A DNA stretch of 32,812 bases, from assembly GCA_045642305.1 (NCBI GenBank), contig JAZUIR010000053.1, forward strand, positions 1-32,812. Reading direction: 5' to 3'. The notes beneath the pieces were generated by a model, which saw only the letters and a list, made by a program, of their open reading frames with translations, made no database searches and had not been told where the DNA came from. Both the position numbers and the translations under genes were made by a program. The stretch is from Oscillospiraceae bacterium (GTDB lineage Bacteria > Bacillota > Clostridia > Oscillospirales > Ruminococcaceae). This document shows positions 9,007 through 17,207 of this stretch, one piece after another; position 1 is the first letter of the stretch; each line of letters opens with the position of its first letter.

Positions 9007-10134
9007 ATGAACATTCTTTTCGTTGCAGGTGGAACCGCAGGCCACATCAACCCCGCAATAGCCATAGCCGACTACATTAAAAATAAACTAAAAAACGCAA
9101 ACATAAAATTTGTTGGCAACAACACCGACGCCTTTAAAAAATTAATTCAAAAGGCAAACTATGATTTTATTCCCATTGAAGTTGCTGGACTACAACGAAA
9201 AATCAGCCTAAAAAATACTATTAAAAACTTCAACGCAATATATTTACTGGCAAAATCGCAATTTAAAGCACGTTCTATTTTAAAGCAGTTCAAACCAAAC
9301 ATAGTTATAGGAACCGGAGGATATACTTGTGCTGCCATTTTAATGCAGGCTCACAGAATGGGGATTAAAACAGCAATTCATGAACAAAACGCCTACCCCG
9401 GAATAACCAACAAGCTGCTCGCCAAAAAAGCCGACATAGTTTTTATAGCAGTTGAAGAAACCAAAAAGAAACTGCCAAAATGCAATTGTGTTGTTGTTGG
9501 CAACCCTATTCGACAAAACATTTTAAATATAACAAAAAAAGAAGCTCGCAGAATTTTAAACATGGACGATAATTTTTGCATACTATCATTCGGTGGAAGC
9601 CTGGGGGCGCTAAAAATAAACGAAATCGCGGCCGATTTAATGCAATGGCACTGCAAATTCAAAAAAATTAACCACATTCACGCCATGGGCAAAATAGGCT
9701 CAAAATATTTTCCACAAATGTTAGCACAAAGAAAAGTTTCTCCTGCAAACAACCCCCGCCTTTTGATTCGCAACTATATATATAATATGGATGTTTGCTT
9801 AGCCTGCTGCGACCTTGCAATATGCCGCGCGGGCGCATCAACCCTCGCAGAAATAGAAGCAACAGCCACTCCTTCAATTTTGATTCCGTCGCCAAATGTT
9901 AGCCACAACCACCAATTCCATAACGCTATGATACTACAAAACAAACAGGCCGCCATAGTAATTGAAGAAAAAAATTATAACAAAAAATTTCTAATAGACA
10001 CGGTTAAAAAACTATTTGAAAACAGTGACACTCTGCAAAAGTTCAGCAACAATGCCCGCAAACTTGCCACAATAAACACCAAAGAACTAATTTTTGATCA
10101 TATAATAAAACTCATAGATACAAAAACTAATTGA
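9007..10134 (+). CDS. murG: Undecaprenyldiphospho-muramoylpentapeptide beta-N-acetylglucosaminyltransferase MurG
   Basis: Contains GGTAGHINPAIA, FGGSLGA and CRAGASTLAEI motifs. GGAG lies 10 nt upstream of the ATG. Confidence 0.92.
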   Translation: MNILFVAGGTAGHINPAIAIADYIKNKLKNANIKFVGNNTDAFKKLIQKANYDFIPIEVAGLQRKISLKNTIKNFNAIYLLAKSQFKARSILKQFKPNIVIGTGGYTCAAILMQAHRMGIKTAIHEQNAYPGITNKLLAKKADIVFIAVEETKKKLPKCNCVVVGNPIRQNILNITKKEARRILNMDDNFCILSFGGSLGALKINEIAADLMQWHCKFKKINHIHAMGKIGSKYFPQMLAQRKVSPANNPRLLIRNYIYNMDVCLACCDLAICRAGASTLAEIEATATPSILIPSPNVSHNHQFHNAMILQNKQAAIVIEEKNYNKKFLIDTVKKLFENSDTLQKFSNNARKLATINTKELIFDHIIKLIDTKTN

Positions 10135-10231
10135 ACCGTTTTGAATTAAAATTAAACCGATTCAACAGCAACCAACCCAAACAAATCAAAAATTCTAGTT
10201 ATTTGCTTCAATTCACCTAAAATTTTTAGCG

Positions 10232-10266
10232 CGCATAAAATATGCTAGAAAAAATATTTTTATGCG
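10232..10266 (+). promoter_or_regulatory. Inverted repeat (12 bp with a 1-nt bulge, 10-nt loop) ending 2 nt before the murA Shine-Dalgarno
   Basis: CGCATAAAATAT (10232-10243) pairs with ATATTTTTATGCG (10254-10266), with T10257 bulged. GGAGG lies at 10269-10273 and TTG at 10282. The left arm also overlaps a possible -10 (TAAAAT 10236-10241), with TTCACC at 10212-10217 as a possible -35 (18-nt spacer). Confidence 0.3.
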
Positions 10267-10281
10267 GCGGAGGTGACCTAG

Positions 10282-11541
10282 TTGAAAAAACTAGTCGTTT
10301 ATGGAGCAAAAAAACTCGTTGGAATGCAGAAGGTTCAGGGGTCAAAAAACGCGTGCCTACCAATAATTATAGCAACTCTTCTAACCGGTGGCGAAACTGT
10401 GCTCCATCAGTGCCCCATTCTTAGCGACAGCGTAGCATCATGCAAAATTTTGAACCATTTGGGTTGCTCCACAAAATTCGAACACCATGTTTTAATAACC
10501 AACTCAAAAAATTTTTGCAAAACAGAAATTCCTAATGAACTCATGATTAAAATGCGATCATCCATAATTTTTCTAGGCGCTATTCTAGCTCGTCACGGCA
10601 AAGCTATTGTTAGTTTCCCTGGCGGATGCAAAATCGGAAAACGCCCAATAAATTGGCATTTAAATGCGTTCAAACAAATGGGCACGAAAATAAAAATCGA
10701 CGGCAACAAACTAATTTGCACGGTATACAAAAAAAAGTTAACTGGCGCCCACATAAAATTAAAATTCCCAAGCGTTGGCGCAACCGAAAACATTCTTTTA
10801 GCAGCAACCACAGCAAACGGAACAACAACAATAGAAAACGCAGCAATTGAACCAGAAATAATTGATTTATGCGTATTTCTGAAAAGATGCGGTGCAAAAA
10901 TAAAAGGCGAAGGCACAAAAAAAATATGGATTGAAGGAGTAGAAAAGCTTCACCCCTGTCAACATAAAATTATGGCCGACAGAATAGTGGCAGCAACACT
11001 TTTATGCGCTACAGCAGCAACCAAAGGTGAAATTCTTCTTAGCTCCATAAACCCTTCTATTTTAAGTTCTGTTTTCCCAATTTTTAAAGCCATGAACTGC
11101 AAAACTCAATGTTTCAAAAATGGAATATTCTTCAAATCAGCAAAAACACTTAAAAGCAACCTTAAAATTAAAACCAAACCCTATCCCGGATTTCCGACCG
11201 ACCTTCAACCTATTTTCATGGCTCTAGCCTGCACAGCAAAAGGAAAAACAACATTCGAAGAAACCATATTCGAAAACCGATTTAACCACGCAAAACAACT
11301 TCAAAAATTCGGCGCAAACATTGAAATAGTAAACCAAAAAACTGCAATTGTCTATGGCAAAACACGCCTTCATAAAGCCAATGTTTGCGCAACCGACCTA
11401 CGCGGGGGAGCAGGAGCCCTAATTGCCGCACTAGCTGCTAATGGCAAATCTACCATTTCAAATATAGACTACATCGACCGCGGCTATGAGCAGATAGAAA
11501 CTCAACTTCAAAATCTTGGCGCTGCAATTGATCGAGCATAG
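10282..11541 (+). CDS. murA: UDP-N-acetylglucosamine 1-carboxyvinyltransferase MurA (catalytic Cys present)
   Basis: TTG start at 10282, with GGAGG at 10269-10273. The N-terminus MKKLVVYGAKKLVGMQKVQGSKNACLPII aligns with MurA N-termini. The active-site loop is PGGCKIGKRPINWH. DLRGGAGALIAAL lies near the C-terminus. Confidence 0.92.
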   Translation: MKKLVVYGAKKLVGMQKVQGSKNACLPIIIATLLTGGETVLHQCPILSDSVASCKILNHLGCSTKFEHHVLITNSKNFCKTEIPNELMIKMRSSIIFLGAILARHGKAIVSFPGGCKIGKRPINWHLNAFKQMGTKIKIDGNKLICTVYKKKLTGAHIKLKFPSVGATENILLAATTANGTTTIENAAIEPEIIDLCVFLKRCGAKIKGEGTKKIWIEGVEKLHPCQHKIMADRIVAATLLCATAATKGEILLSSINPSILSSVFPIFKAMNCKTQCFKNGIFFKSAKTLKSNLKIKTKPYPGFPTDLQPIFMALACTAKGKTTFEETIFENRFNHAKQLQKFGANIEIVNQKTAIVYGKTRLHKANVCATDLRGGAGALIAALAANGKSTISNIDYIDRGYEQIETQLQNLGAAIDRA

Positions 11542-11573
11542 TAAAACCTAAAACCAAAACAACAGCAATAACA

Positions 11574-11603
11574 CCAACCAAAACCGGTTGGTTGTTTTTT
11601 TTT
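11574..11603 (+). terminator. Putative rho-independent terminator or attenuator downstream of murA
   Basis: The stem is CCAACC (11574-11579) paired with GGTTGG (11586-11591) around a 6-nt loop. It is followed by TTG and a T9 run (11595-11603). The stem starts 32 nt after the murA stop. The stem is short (6-7 bp), so strength is uncertain, and ftsQ still follows 69 nt later. Confidence 0.4.
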
Positions 11604-11671
11604 AGAATAGATGTTAAAATAGGCTTTTAATAAAAACTACGCAAACCCTAATTAGAAGAGGATTTTTTATT

Positions 11672-12640
11672 ATGGGCTACGGCAGATTAAATCACAGGCA
11701 AACCAAACTGCGTAATAAAGCACGATTCATAGACAAAAAACGCAGAATCAAAAACAAAAAACAAAAATATATGATATATTATATATTTTTTGCCATAGTT
11801 TTAATCAGCACAACATTAATTTTAAGCCTAACAGTTTTTTTTAAAATAGAACAAATAGAAATAGAAAACTTGTTGGGCAAGAAAAAACTAAACCAGGAAA
11901 TTGCAACCTGCCTAAATGTGGAAAAAGGGGATAATTTAATTTTAGTTGATTCAAAAAAAATCATAAAACGCTTACTTAAAAAATTTCCAAACCTTGGCAA
12001 TGTTGAAATAATAAAAAAATTCCCTAACCAACTAAAAATAGTTTGCGATTTTGAACCAGCTAAATTTCTGATTGAAAGCCTCGATGGAAAGTTTCTAGGG
12101 GTTTCCAGATCGGGCAGAATAGTTAAAAATTTTGTTGAACAACCAAATAATTTAAAAAACATGCTAACTATTTCAATCAAAACCAAAACGTTTAAACCGC
12201 CAAAACTCGGCGATTTCTTAAAAATCGCACAACAAGAACAACAAATCCTGAATCCTGTTCAAACCGCGTTAAAAAATTCCGGCCTAAACAACATAACAAA
12301 AATCGAAATAAAACCTAATCTAGAAATAATAATTACATACAACGACAAAATAGAAATTGAGATCGATAGCATTTCAAAAATCGACAAGATCACAAGCATG
12401 GCCGCAACAATAATAAACCAATATGTTGGTGCGAATGAAGAAGGAACCATCAAATTTTTCGAACACGACAAAACAATGCATTTCATCCCAAAATTTAACT
12501 ACGTGTTAAAAACAAAAAACGACCATGATGGTGATGATGATGGTGACGACTACGACAAAAACCTTGAAGAAACCTTAAAAAAACCACACAACAACTCTGC
12601 CAACAACGACAACGACGACGACAATGAAACAACCGACTAA
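11672..12640 (+). CDS. ftsQ: Cell division protein FtsQ/DivIB-like (basic N-tail, one TM, POTRA-like region, acidic low-complexity C-tail)
   Basis: Basic cytoplasmic tail (RLNHRQTKLRNKARFIDKKRRIKNKKQK), then a TM helix (YIFFAIVLISTTLILSLTVFF), then FKIEQIEIEN...GDNLILVD...LKKFPNLGNVEIIKKFPNQLKI, typical of a POTRA domain. It sits at the end of the dcw cluster. The identification is by architecture and synteny only. Confidence 0.7.
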   Translation: MGYGRLNHRQTKLRNKARFIDKKRRIKNKKQKYMIYYIFFAIVLISTTLILSLTVFFKIEQIEIENLLGKKKLNQEIATCLNVEKGDNLILVDSKKIIKRLLKKFPNLGNVEIIKKFPNQLKIVCDFEPAKFLIESLDGKFLGVSRSGRIVKNFVEQPNNLKNMLTISIKTKTFKPPKLGDFLKIAQQEQQILNPVQTALKNSGLNNITKIEIKPNLEIIITYNDKIEIEIDSISKIDKITSMAATIINQYVGANEEGTIKFFEHDKTMHFIPKFNYVLKTKNDHDGDDDGDDYDKNLEETLKKPHNNSANNDNDDDNETTD

Positions 12641-12671
12641 AACCCAATCTGATTTTAACACAACAACTAGC

Positions 12672-13670
12672 TCAATTGAATTGTTCACAATTCCATGCAT
12701 CTAAACACATCTTATCCAAACCCAAATTTGCTTCAAATCCAAGCATCTGCTGCGCCTTCGTAGGGTCACAATAACACACAGCAACATCTCCTAACCGACG
12801 CTCATCAAACCGCCATGATATTTTCTTTCCAGTTACATTTTCAAAAGTTTTGACAACATCTAAAACTGAAATCCCTTTGCCCGTGCCCAAATTAAAAACC
12901 TCAAAACCACTAAAGCCTCTGCAAAACTTTAACGCATCAACATGCCCACGACTCAAATCACTAACATGAATATAATCTCTAATTCCAGTGCCATCATAAG
13001 TGTCATAATCGCTGCCAAAAATCTTCAAACAATCAAGTTTTTCACTCGCAACCTTAATAATATATGGCATCAAATTATTTGGTTTCTGCATTCGAGGCCG
13101 ATCCCCCAAAAGACCGCTTTTGTGCGCTCCAATCGGATTAAAATAACGCAAACTAACAAAACTCAAATCTGAATTTGCTCTACTACAATCACGCAAAATT
13201 TTCTCAACAACAATCTTGGTTTCACCATAAGGATTAGTGCTTTCAACAATCATAGTTTCATTAAACGGGGCCTTGTTTTTGCTTCCATAAACCGTGGCAG
13301 ACGAACTAAAAATTAAACGAAAACACCCAAACTCCGTCATAACCTTAAGCAAAGCAAGCACACTGCCAACATTTTCATGATAATATTTCACAGGAACCTT
13401 AACCGATTCACCAACAGCCTTCAACCCAGCAAAATGAATCACCGATTCTATAGCATGCTTTCTAAAAATCTTACGTAAACTGGTTTCATCGCAGCAATCA
13501 ATTTCATAAAAACTAAAATTCGACCTAACTATTTTTTTTATATTCATTACAACATCAACCGAACTGTTAGCAAAATTATCAACAACAACAACCTGCTCAC
13601 CCGATTTGATGAGTTCAACAACGGTGTTCGATCCGATATAACCTGCTCCTCCTGTGACCAAAACTGCCAC
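12672..13670 (-). CDS. galE: UDP-glucose 4-epimerase GalE
   Basis: GTG start at 13670, with GGGGAGG 7 nt upstream. Contains VTGGAGYIGS (Rossmann) and the YGETK catalytic YxxxK. Full length is about 330 aa. Confidence 0.88.
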   Translation of the reverse strand: MAVLVTGGAGYIGSNTVVELIKSGEQVVVVDNFANSSVDVVMNIKKIVRSNFSFYEIDCCDETSLRKIFRKHAIESVIHFAGLKAVGESVKVPVKYYHENVGSVLALLKVMTEFGCFRLIFSSSATVYGSKNKAPFNETMIVESTNPYGETKIVVEKILRDCSRANSDLSFVSLRYFNPIGAHKSGLLGDRPRMQKPNNLMPYIIKVASEKLDCLKIFGSDYDTYDGTGIRDYIHVSDLSRGHVDALKFCRGFSGFEVFNLGTGKGISVLDVVKTFENVTGKKISWRFDERRLGDVAVCYCDPTKAQQMLGFEANLGLDKMCLDAWNCEQFN

Positions 13671-13736
13671 GATTTAACCTCCCCTTATGATTAAAACCAT
13701 AATCATATTAATCACATCACCAAGCAATCATAGATT

Positions 13737-16445
13737 TTACAACAAAAAGCCTGTTTTTTCAATCTTTTTAACCGAAAAATCACCTGATTCATCAAAATTA
13801 GAATTATAATAAGGGTCGCCCTTTTCAAGCACATCAGCCCATTTTTCAAGCATATAGGCCTTATCCGTTTCAAACCTAGCAATTGTTCCTGCGTCTTTTT
13901 GCCTAGTTTCATTTTTAGCAGAAAGCTGCGCGTGCTGCAACTCAACATATGGATTATAGACAACTAAAAAACCCTTACTTCGAAACCTCAAACACAAATC
14001 AACATCGCTAAAATAGCCTGCCAAAACCTCATTAAACCCATCAACTTCTTCAAAAGATTTTCGGCCAACCATCATGCAAGCACCGCTCACCGCGCTCAAA
14101 TTCTGAACAAAACTTGCCCTACACATATAACCTCCTTCGCCGCTTGACAAAAACCTGAACGCATCCACAACAACCTTTTTTTTGCTAAGAAAGAAACCAC
14201 CACCTTGAATAACATCATTAGAATCAATCAAAGATACCCCAACCGCGCCAACGTCTTCACGTTGAGCAAACATCAACATTTGCTGCAACCAATCGGAAGT
14301 TGTAATCCTAACATCACTATGCATAAACACAAAATAATCACCATCAGCAACACTGGCGCCAAAATTATTCATTGCCGACAGATTAAATTCACCATTCATT
14401 CCATCAAATTCAACCAACCTAAACTTTGAACTAGTTTTTTTCAAAATTTCATAATAGTCAAAAGTCTGCTCATCGCTTGAGTTGTCAACAACAACAATTT
14501 CAAAATTTTCATAGGTTGAAGAATTCAAAATCGAATCAATGCAAACTTTCAGGCTAGCAATCGAATTTTTGTTCGCAATAATAATCGATATCTTAGGGCA
14601 ACCCTTCAAATCATAAATCACACGATATGTTGAAGGATAGCGCGAATCAAAAACCTTACCACGAAGCCCTACCCGCTTCAAATGTTCCGATAAAGCCCTT
14701 TTTGCCGACTCCAAGCAATAAGGTTTATTTATCAAATCCTGCGCAACCGAAAGACTGTGTGATCGCCAATAATATAGAACTTTAGGAATATGAACAACCT
14801 TTTTTGCCTTCTCAACCAACCGTAAAATTATATCATAGTCTTGACTACCATCAAAATTACTTGAAAAACCCCCAACCTGCTTTAGCAGCCCAGCCGAAAA
14901 AACACTTAAATGACAAATATAATTGTTTGAACACAAAGCATCAGGTGAATAATCAGGCTTAAAATGAATAAACTTAACATTTTCCAACTTTTTTTCAAAT
15001 GTCATTTCATCAGTATATACAAAATCAGCACCAAATTTTTCAACAGCACTCATACATTCAAACAACGCCGTCGGGCTCAACAAGTCATCATGATCTAAAA
15101 GAGCAACAAAACTTCCGGTTGCCATCTTCAAAGCAGCATTTGTGTTTTGTGCGATTCCAAGGTTTTCATCAAGTTTTAGGTATTTAATCTTCGGATTCTT
15201 ACGAACATACGATTCACAAAGACTTCTAACCTGAAAATGAAGCGCATCACTCCCATCAGCAAGGCATAGCTGCCAAAAACTATAGGTTTGCATATTAACT
15301 GAATCAATCAGCTCCTTTAAGAACTTAATCGGAGTGTTATATAGCGGCACAACAATCGAAACAACATGATTTGCCTTAAACCGCTTGCCACGCTGCCACT
15401 GCAAAACCTCATAGGTTGGCTGAATTTTTTCAAAATAAGAAACATAATCGCTATGCGAACTGCCCGACAATTTTCGACGCCTAACCTTATTCCATGTTGT
15501 TCTAAAACCAAACTTGAAAATAGAGCCCATTCCTTTAATCAAAAGCCCAAACAAATGAAAAATGCTCTTTATTGCAAACTTAAAACCATCTAAACAAAAT
15601 CGTAACGGCTTTGTAAGCTTCCAAAAAGATGATTCAATTATGGCTCTACACTTTTCATCGGTTGCACGCAAAACATTCAATTCGATTAAAGCATCTTCAT
15701 AATCTTGCTTTAAAGCAACGTAACTATGACTAATATACTTTAAATTAACAAAATTTTTGCAATAATTTAAAGCTTTTATGTTTAATTTTTCATTCAAACA
15801 ACTAAGCCGAACCCGCTCACCTTTAAGCTTTTCAATTCGCTGTTCATAGGCACAAATTGCATCATAACTTTGAACTTTTTTTGAAAACAAACAAAAATCA
15901 AACAAGCCACTTCTGAAAAACGAAAAATCACTTCTAAACATTTCATTTTGAGCAAAAAAACCAACCATTCTGCCAAAGTTAATTTCTCCGTAATCAACAA
16001 CCTTTTGCCCAAATTGCTTTTTCGCCGAAAAACCAACCACAACGCTGTTTGAAAACGCACAAAGCCTTCCAACCACTGCCTCAACTTCATCGGCATAAAA
16101 TCTATTCAAAACCCCTCCGCAAACAACCAAATCAAAGCTTTTTTGCAGCTGTTTAGGGAAACCATCCAAATCCATAAACTCACACTCAAAACAAAAAGGC
16201 CGCGCCTTGGCAACAACTTCATCAATCAATCGCCTTGATGAATCTATGCCAAAAGCTTCAATCCCTCGACTTCGTAGAGCATCTACCAAAACCCCTTTGC
16301 CACATCCAACATGTAAAACAGTGGTAGGCTTTAATTCATCAACTAAATTTTTCGCAAACAAACTGCAAAATTCTTTAAACCCTTCAAGTTCTTCAACACA
16401 AAAATATTTGCCTTTTGCCCCATCAGAATATAATTTTTCACCCAT
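13737..16445 (-). CDS. Multidomain glycan synthase: N-terminal class I SAM-methyltransferase, coiled-coil-like linker, two GT2 glycosyltransferase domains (WsaE-like)
   Basis: MTase motif I is VLHVGCGKGVLVD. The linker is E/K/L-rich (AYEQRIEKLKGERVRLSCLNEKL...QDYEDALIELNVLRATDEK). GT2 domain 1 has VSIVVPLYN...ADGSD...LLDHDD. GT2 domain 2 has ISIIIANKN...VVVDNSSD...FMHSD...FSDVDLCLR. The track ORF starts at TTG 16460, but TTGGAGGAATTTTTAATG places a GGAGG 6 nt before ATG 16445, so 16445 is preferred. Confidence 0.8.
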   Translation of the reverse strand: MGEKLYSDGAKGKYFCVEELEGFKEFCSLFAKNLVDELKPTTVLHVGCGKGVLVDALRSRGIEAFGIDSSRRLIDEVVAKARPFCFECEFMDLDGFPKQLQKSFDLVVCGGVLNRFYADEVEAVVGRLCAFSNSVVVGFSAKKQFGQKVVDYGEINFGRMVGFFAQNEMFRSDFSFFRSGLFDFCLFSKKVQSYDAICAYEQRIEKLKGERVRLSCLNEKLNIKALNYCKNFVNLKYISHSYVALKQDYEDALIELNVLRATDEKCRAIIESSFWKLTKPLRFCLDGFKFAIKSIFHLFGLLIKGMGSIFKFGFRTTWNKVRRRKLSGSSHSDYVSYFEKIQPTYEVLQWQRGKRFKANHVVSIVVPLYNTPIKFLKELIDSVNMQTYSFWQLCLADGSDALHFQVRSLCESYVRKNPKIKYLKLDENLGIAQNTNAALKMATGSFVALLDHDDLLSPTALFECMSAVEKFGADFVYTDEMTFEKKLENVKFIHFKPDYSPDALCSNNYICHLSVFSAGLLKQVGGFSSNFDGSQDYDIILRLVEKAKKVVHIPKVLYYWRSHSLSVAQDLINKPYCLESAKRALSEHLKRVGLRGKVFDSRYPSTYRVIYDLKGCPKISIIIANKNSIASLKVCIDSILNSSTYENFEIVVVDNSSDEQTFDYYEILKKTSSKFRLVEFDGMNGEFNLSAMNNFGASVADGDYFVFMHSDVRITTSDWLQQMLMFAQREDVGAVGVSLIDSNDVIQGGGFFLSKKKVVVDAFRFLSSGEGGYMCRASFVQNLSAVSGACMMVGRKSFEEVDGFNEVLAGYFSDVDLCLRFRSKGFLVVYNPYVELQHAQLSAKNETRQKDAGTIARFETDKAYMLEKWADVLEKGDPYYNSNFDESGDFSVKKIEKTGFLL

Positions 16446-16463
16446 TAAAAATTCCTCCAAAAA

Positions 16464-17207
16464 TCAGCTATTCCTATAGACTTTGCACACTTCTTCAACA
16501 TTTCCTATCATTTTTATTTTGCCATTTTCTAGCCAAACAACATGCTTGCACATACTTTCAATTTGTTCTATATTATGCGACACTAAAATAACCGTAGTGT
16601 TGTTAACCATCATATTTTCAATTCGCTGTGTACATTTTTTCTGAAAATGAAAATCACCCACCGCTAGAATTTCATCAACTATTAATATGTCTGGCTGAAC
16701 AACCGTTGCAACAGCAAAAGCAACCCTGGCAACCATTCCCGAAGAATAGTTCTTCATTGGAACGTCTAAAAAATCCGTCATTTCTGAAAATTCAACTATT
16801 TCATCGAACTTATCATCAATAAACTTTTTAGAATATCCCAAAACCGCCCCATTTAAATATATGTTCTCACGCGCAGTTAATTCCATATCAAAACCGGCTC
16901 CCAGTTCAATTAATGGCGCTATAGTTCCAAAAGTTTGAACAACACCATCGGTTGGCTTCAAAATTCCTGAAATTATTTTAAGCATAGTGCTCTTTCCGCT
17001 GCCATTTAGGCCTACTATGCCAAAAACATCGCCCTTAGCAATTTCTAAGCTTACGTTATCTAGCGCAGTATATTTTTTAAAAAACAGCTGCCTCTTTGCT
17101 ATTTTAATGAAATATTCCTTAAAAGAATTAAGCTTTTCAGTGCTCATATTAAAACACATAGAAACATTGCTAAGCTTTACAGCAATCTGCTCATCAAATT
17201 CTTCCAT
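16464..17207 (-). CDS. wzt: Polysaccharide/teichoic-acid type ABC exporter ATP-binding protein (Wzt/TagH/RgpD family), NBD only
   Basis: Walker A is GLNGSGKST, the signature is YSSGM and Walker B is ILIVDE. At 247 aa there is no C-terminal extension. GGGAGG lies upstream of ATG 17207. Confidence 0.88.
   Translation of the reverse strand: MEEFDEQIAVKLSNVSMCFNMSTEKLNSFKEYFIKIAKRQLFFKKYTALDNVSLEIAKGDVFGIVGLNGSGKSTMLKIISGILKPTDGVVQTFGTIAPLIELGAGFDMELTARENIYLNGAVLGYSKKFIDDKFDEIVEFSEMTDFLDVPMKNYSSGMVARVAFAVATVVQPDILIVDEILAVGDFHFQKKCTQRIENMMVNNTTVILVSHNIEQIESMCKHVVWLENGKIKMIGNVEEVCKVYRNS

Noticed and set aside
10242-10424. A 60-aa ATG-initiated ORF overlapping the murA start in another frame; possible upstream ORF, or a frameshifted true murA start.
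   Set aside because: No SD precedes ATG 10242. The TTG-10282 frame gives an N-terminus (MKKLVVYGAKKLVG..GSKNACLPII) colinear with known MurA proteins. There is therefore no need to invoke a frameshift or a uORF.
11779-12186. A 135-aa ORF antisense to ftsQ, and similar long antisense ORFs at 5440-5799, 10593-10916, 21416-21751 and 27489-27866.
   Set aside because: They lie fully inside well-supported genes on the other strand. Their products are low-complexity and dominated by composition (F/L/S/I-rich or N/K/H/Q-rich). They have no SD-start arrangement. They are the expected by-product of strongly skewed sequence depleting stop codons on the opposite strand.
12641-12671. The convergent gene orientation at ~12650 might mark the replication terminus (dif region).
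   Set aside because: A terminus should flip the GC skew. In my hand counts C exceeds G on the + strand on both sides of the junction. I also saw no dif-like 28-mer. The convergence looks transcriptional only.
12678-12693. Hairpin GAATTG-TTCA-CAATTC as a bidirectional terminator for ftsQ and galE.
   Set aside because: It lies within the last codons of galE, has only a 6-bp AT-rich stem, and has no flanking U-tract on either strand.
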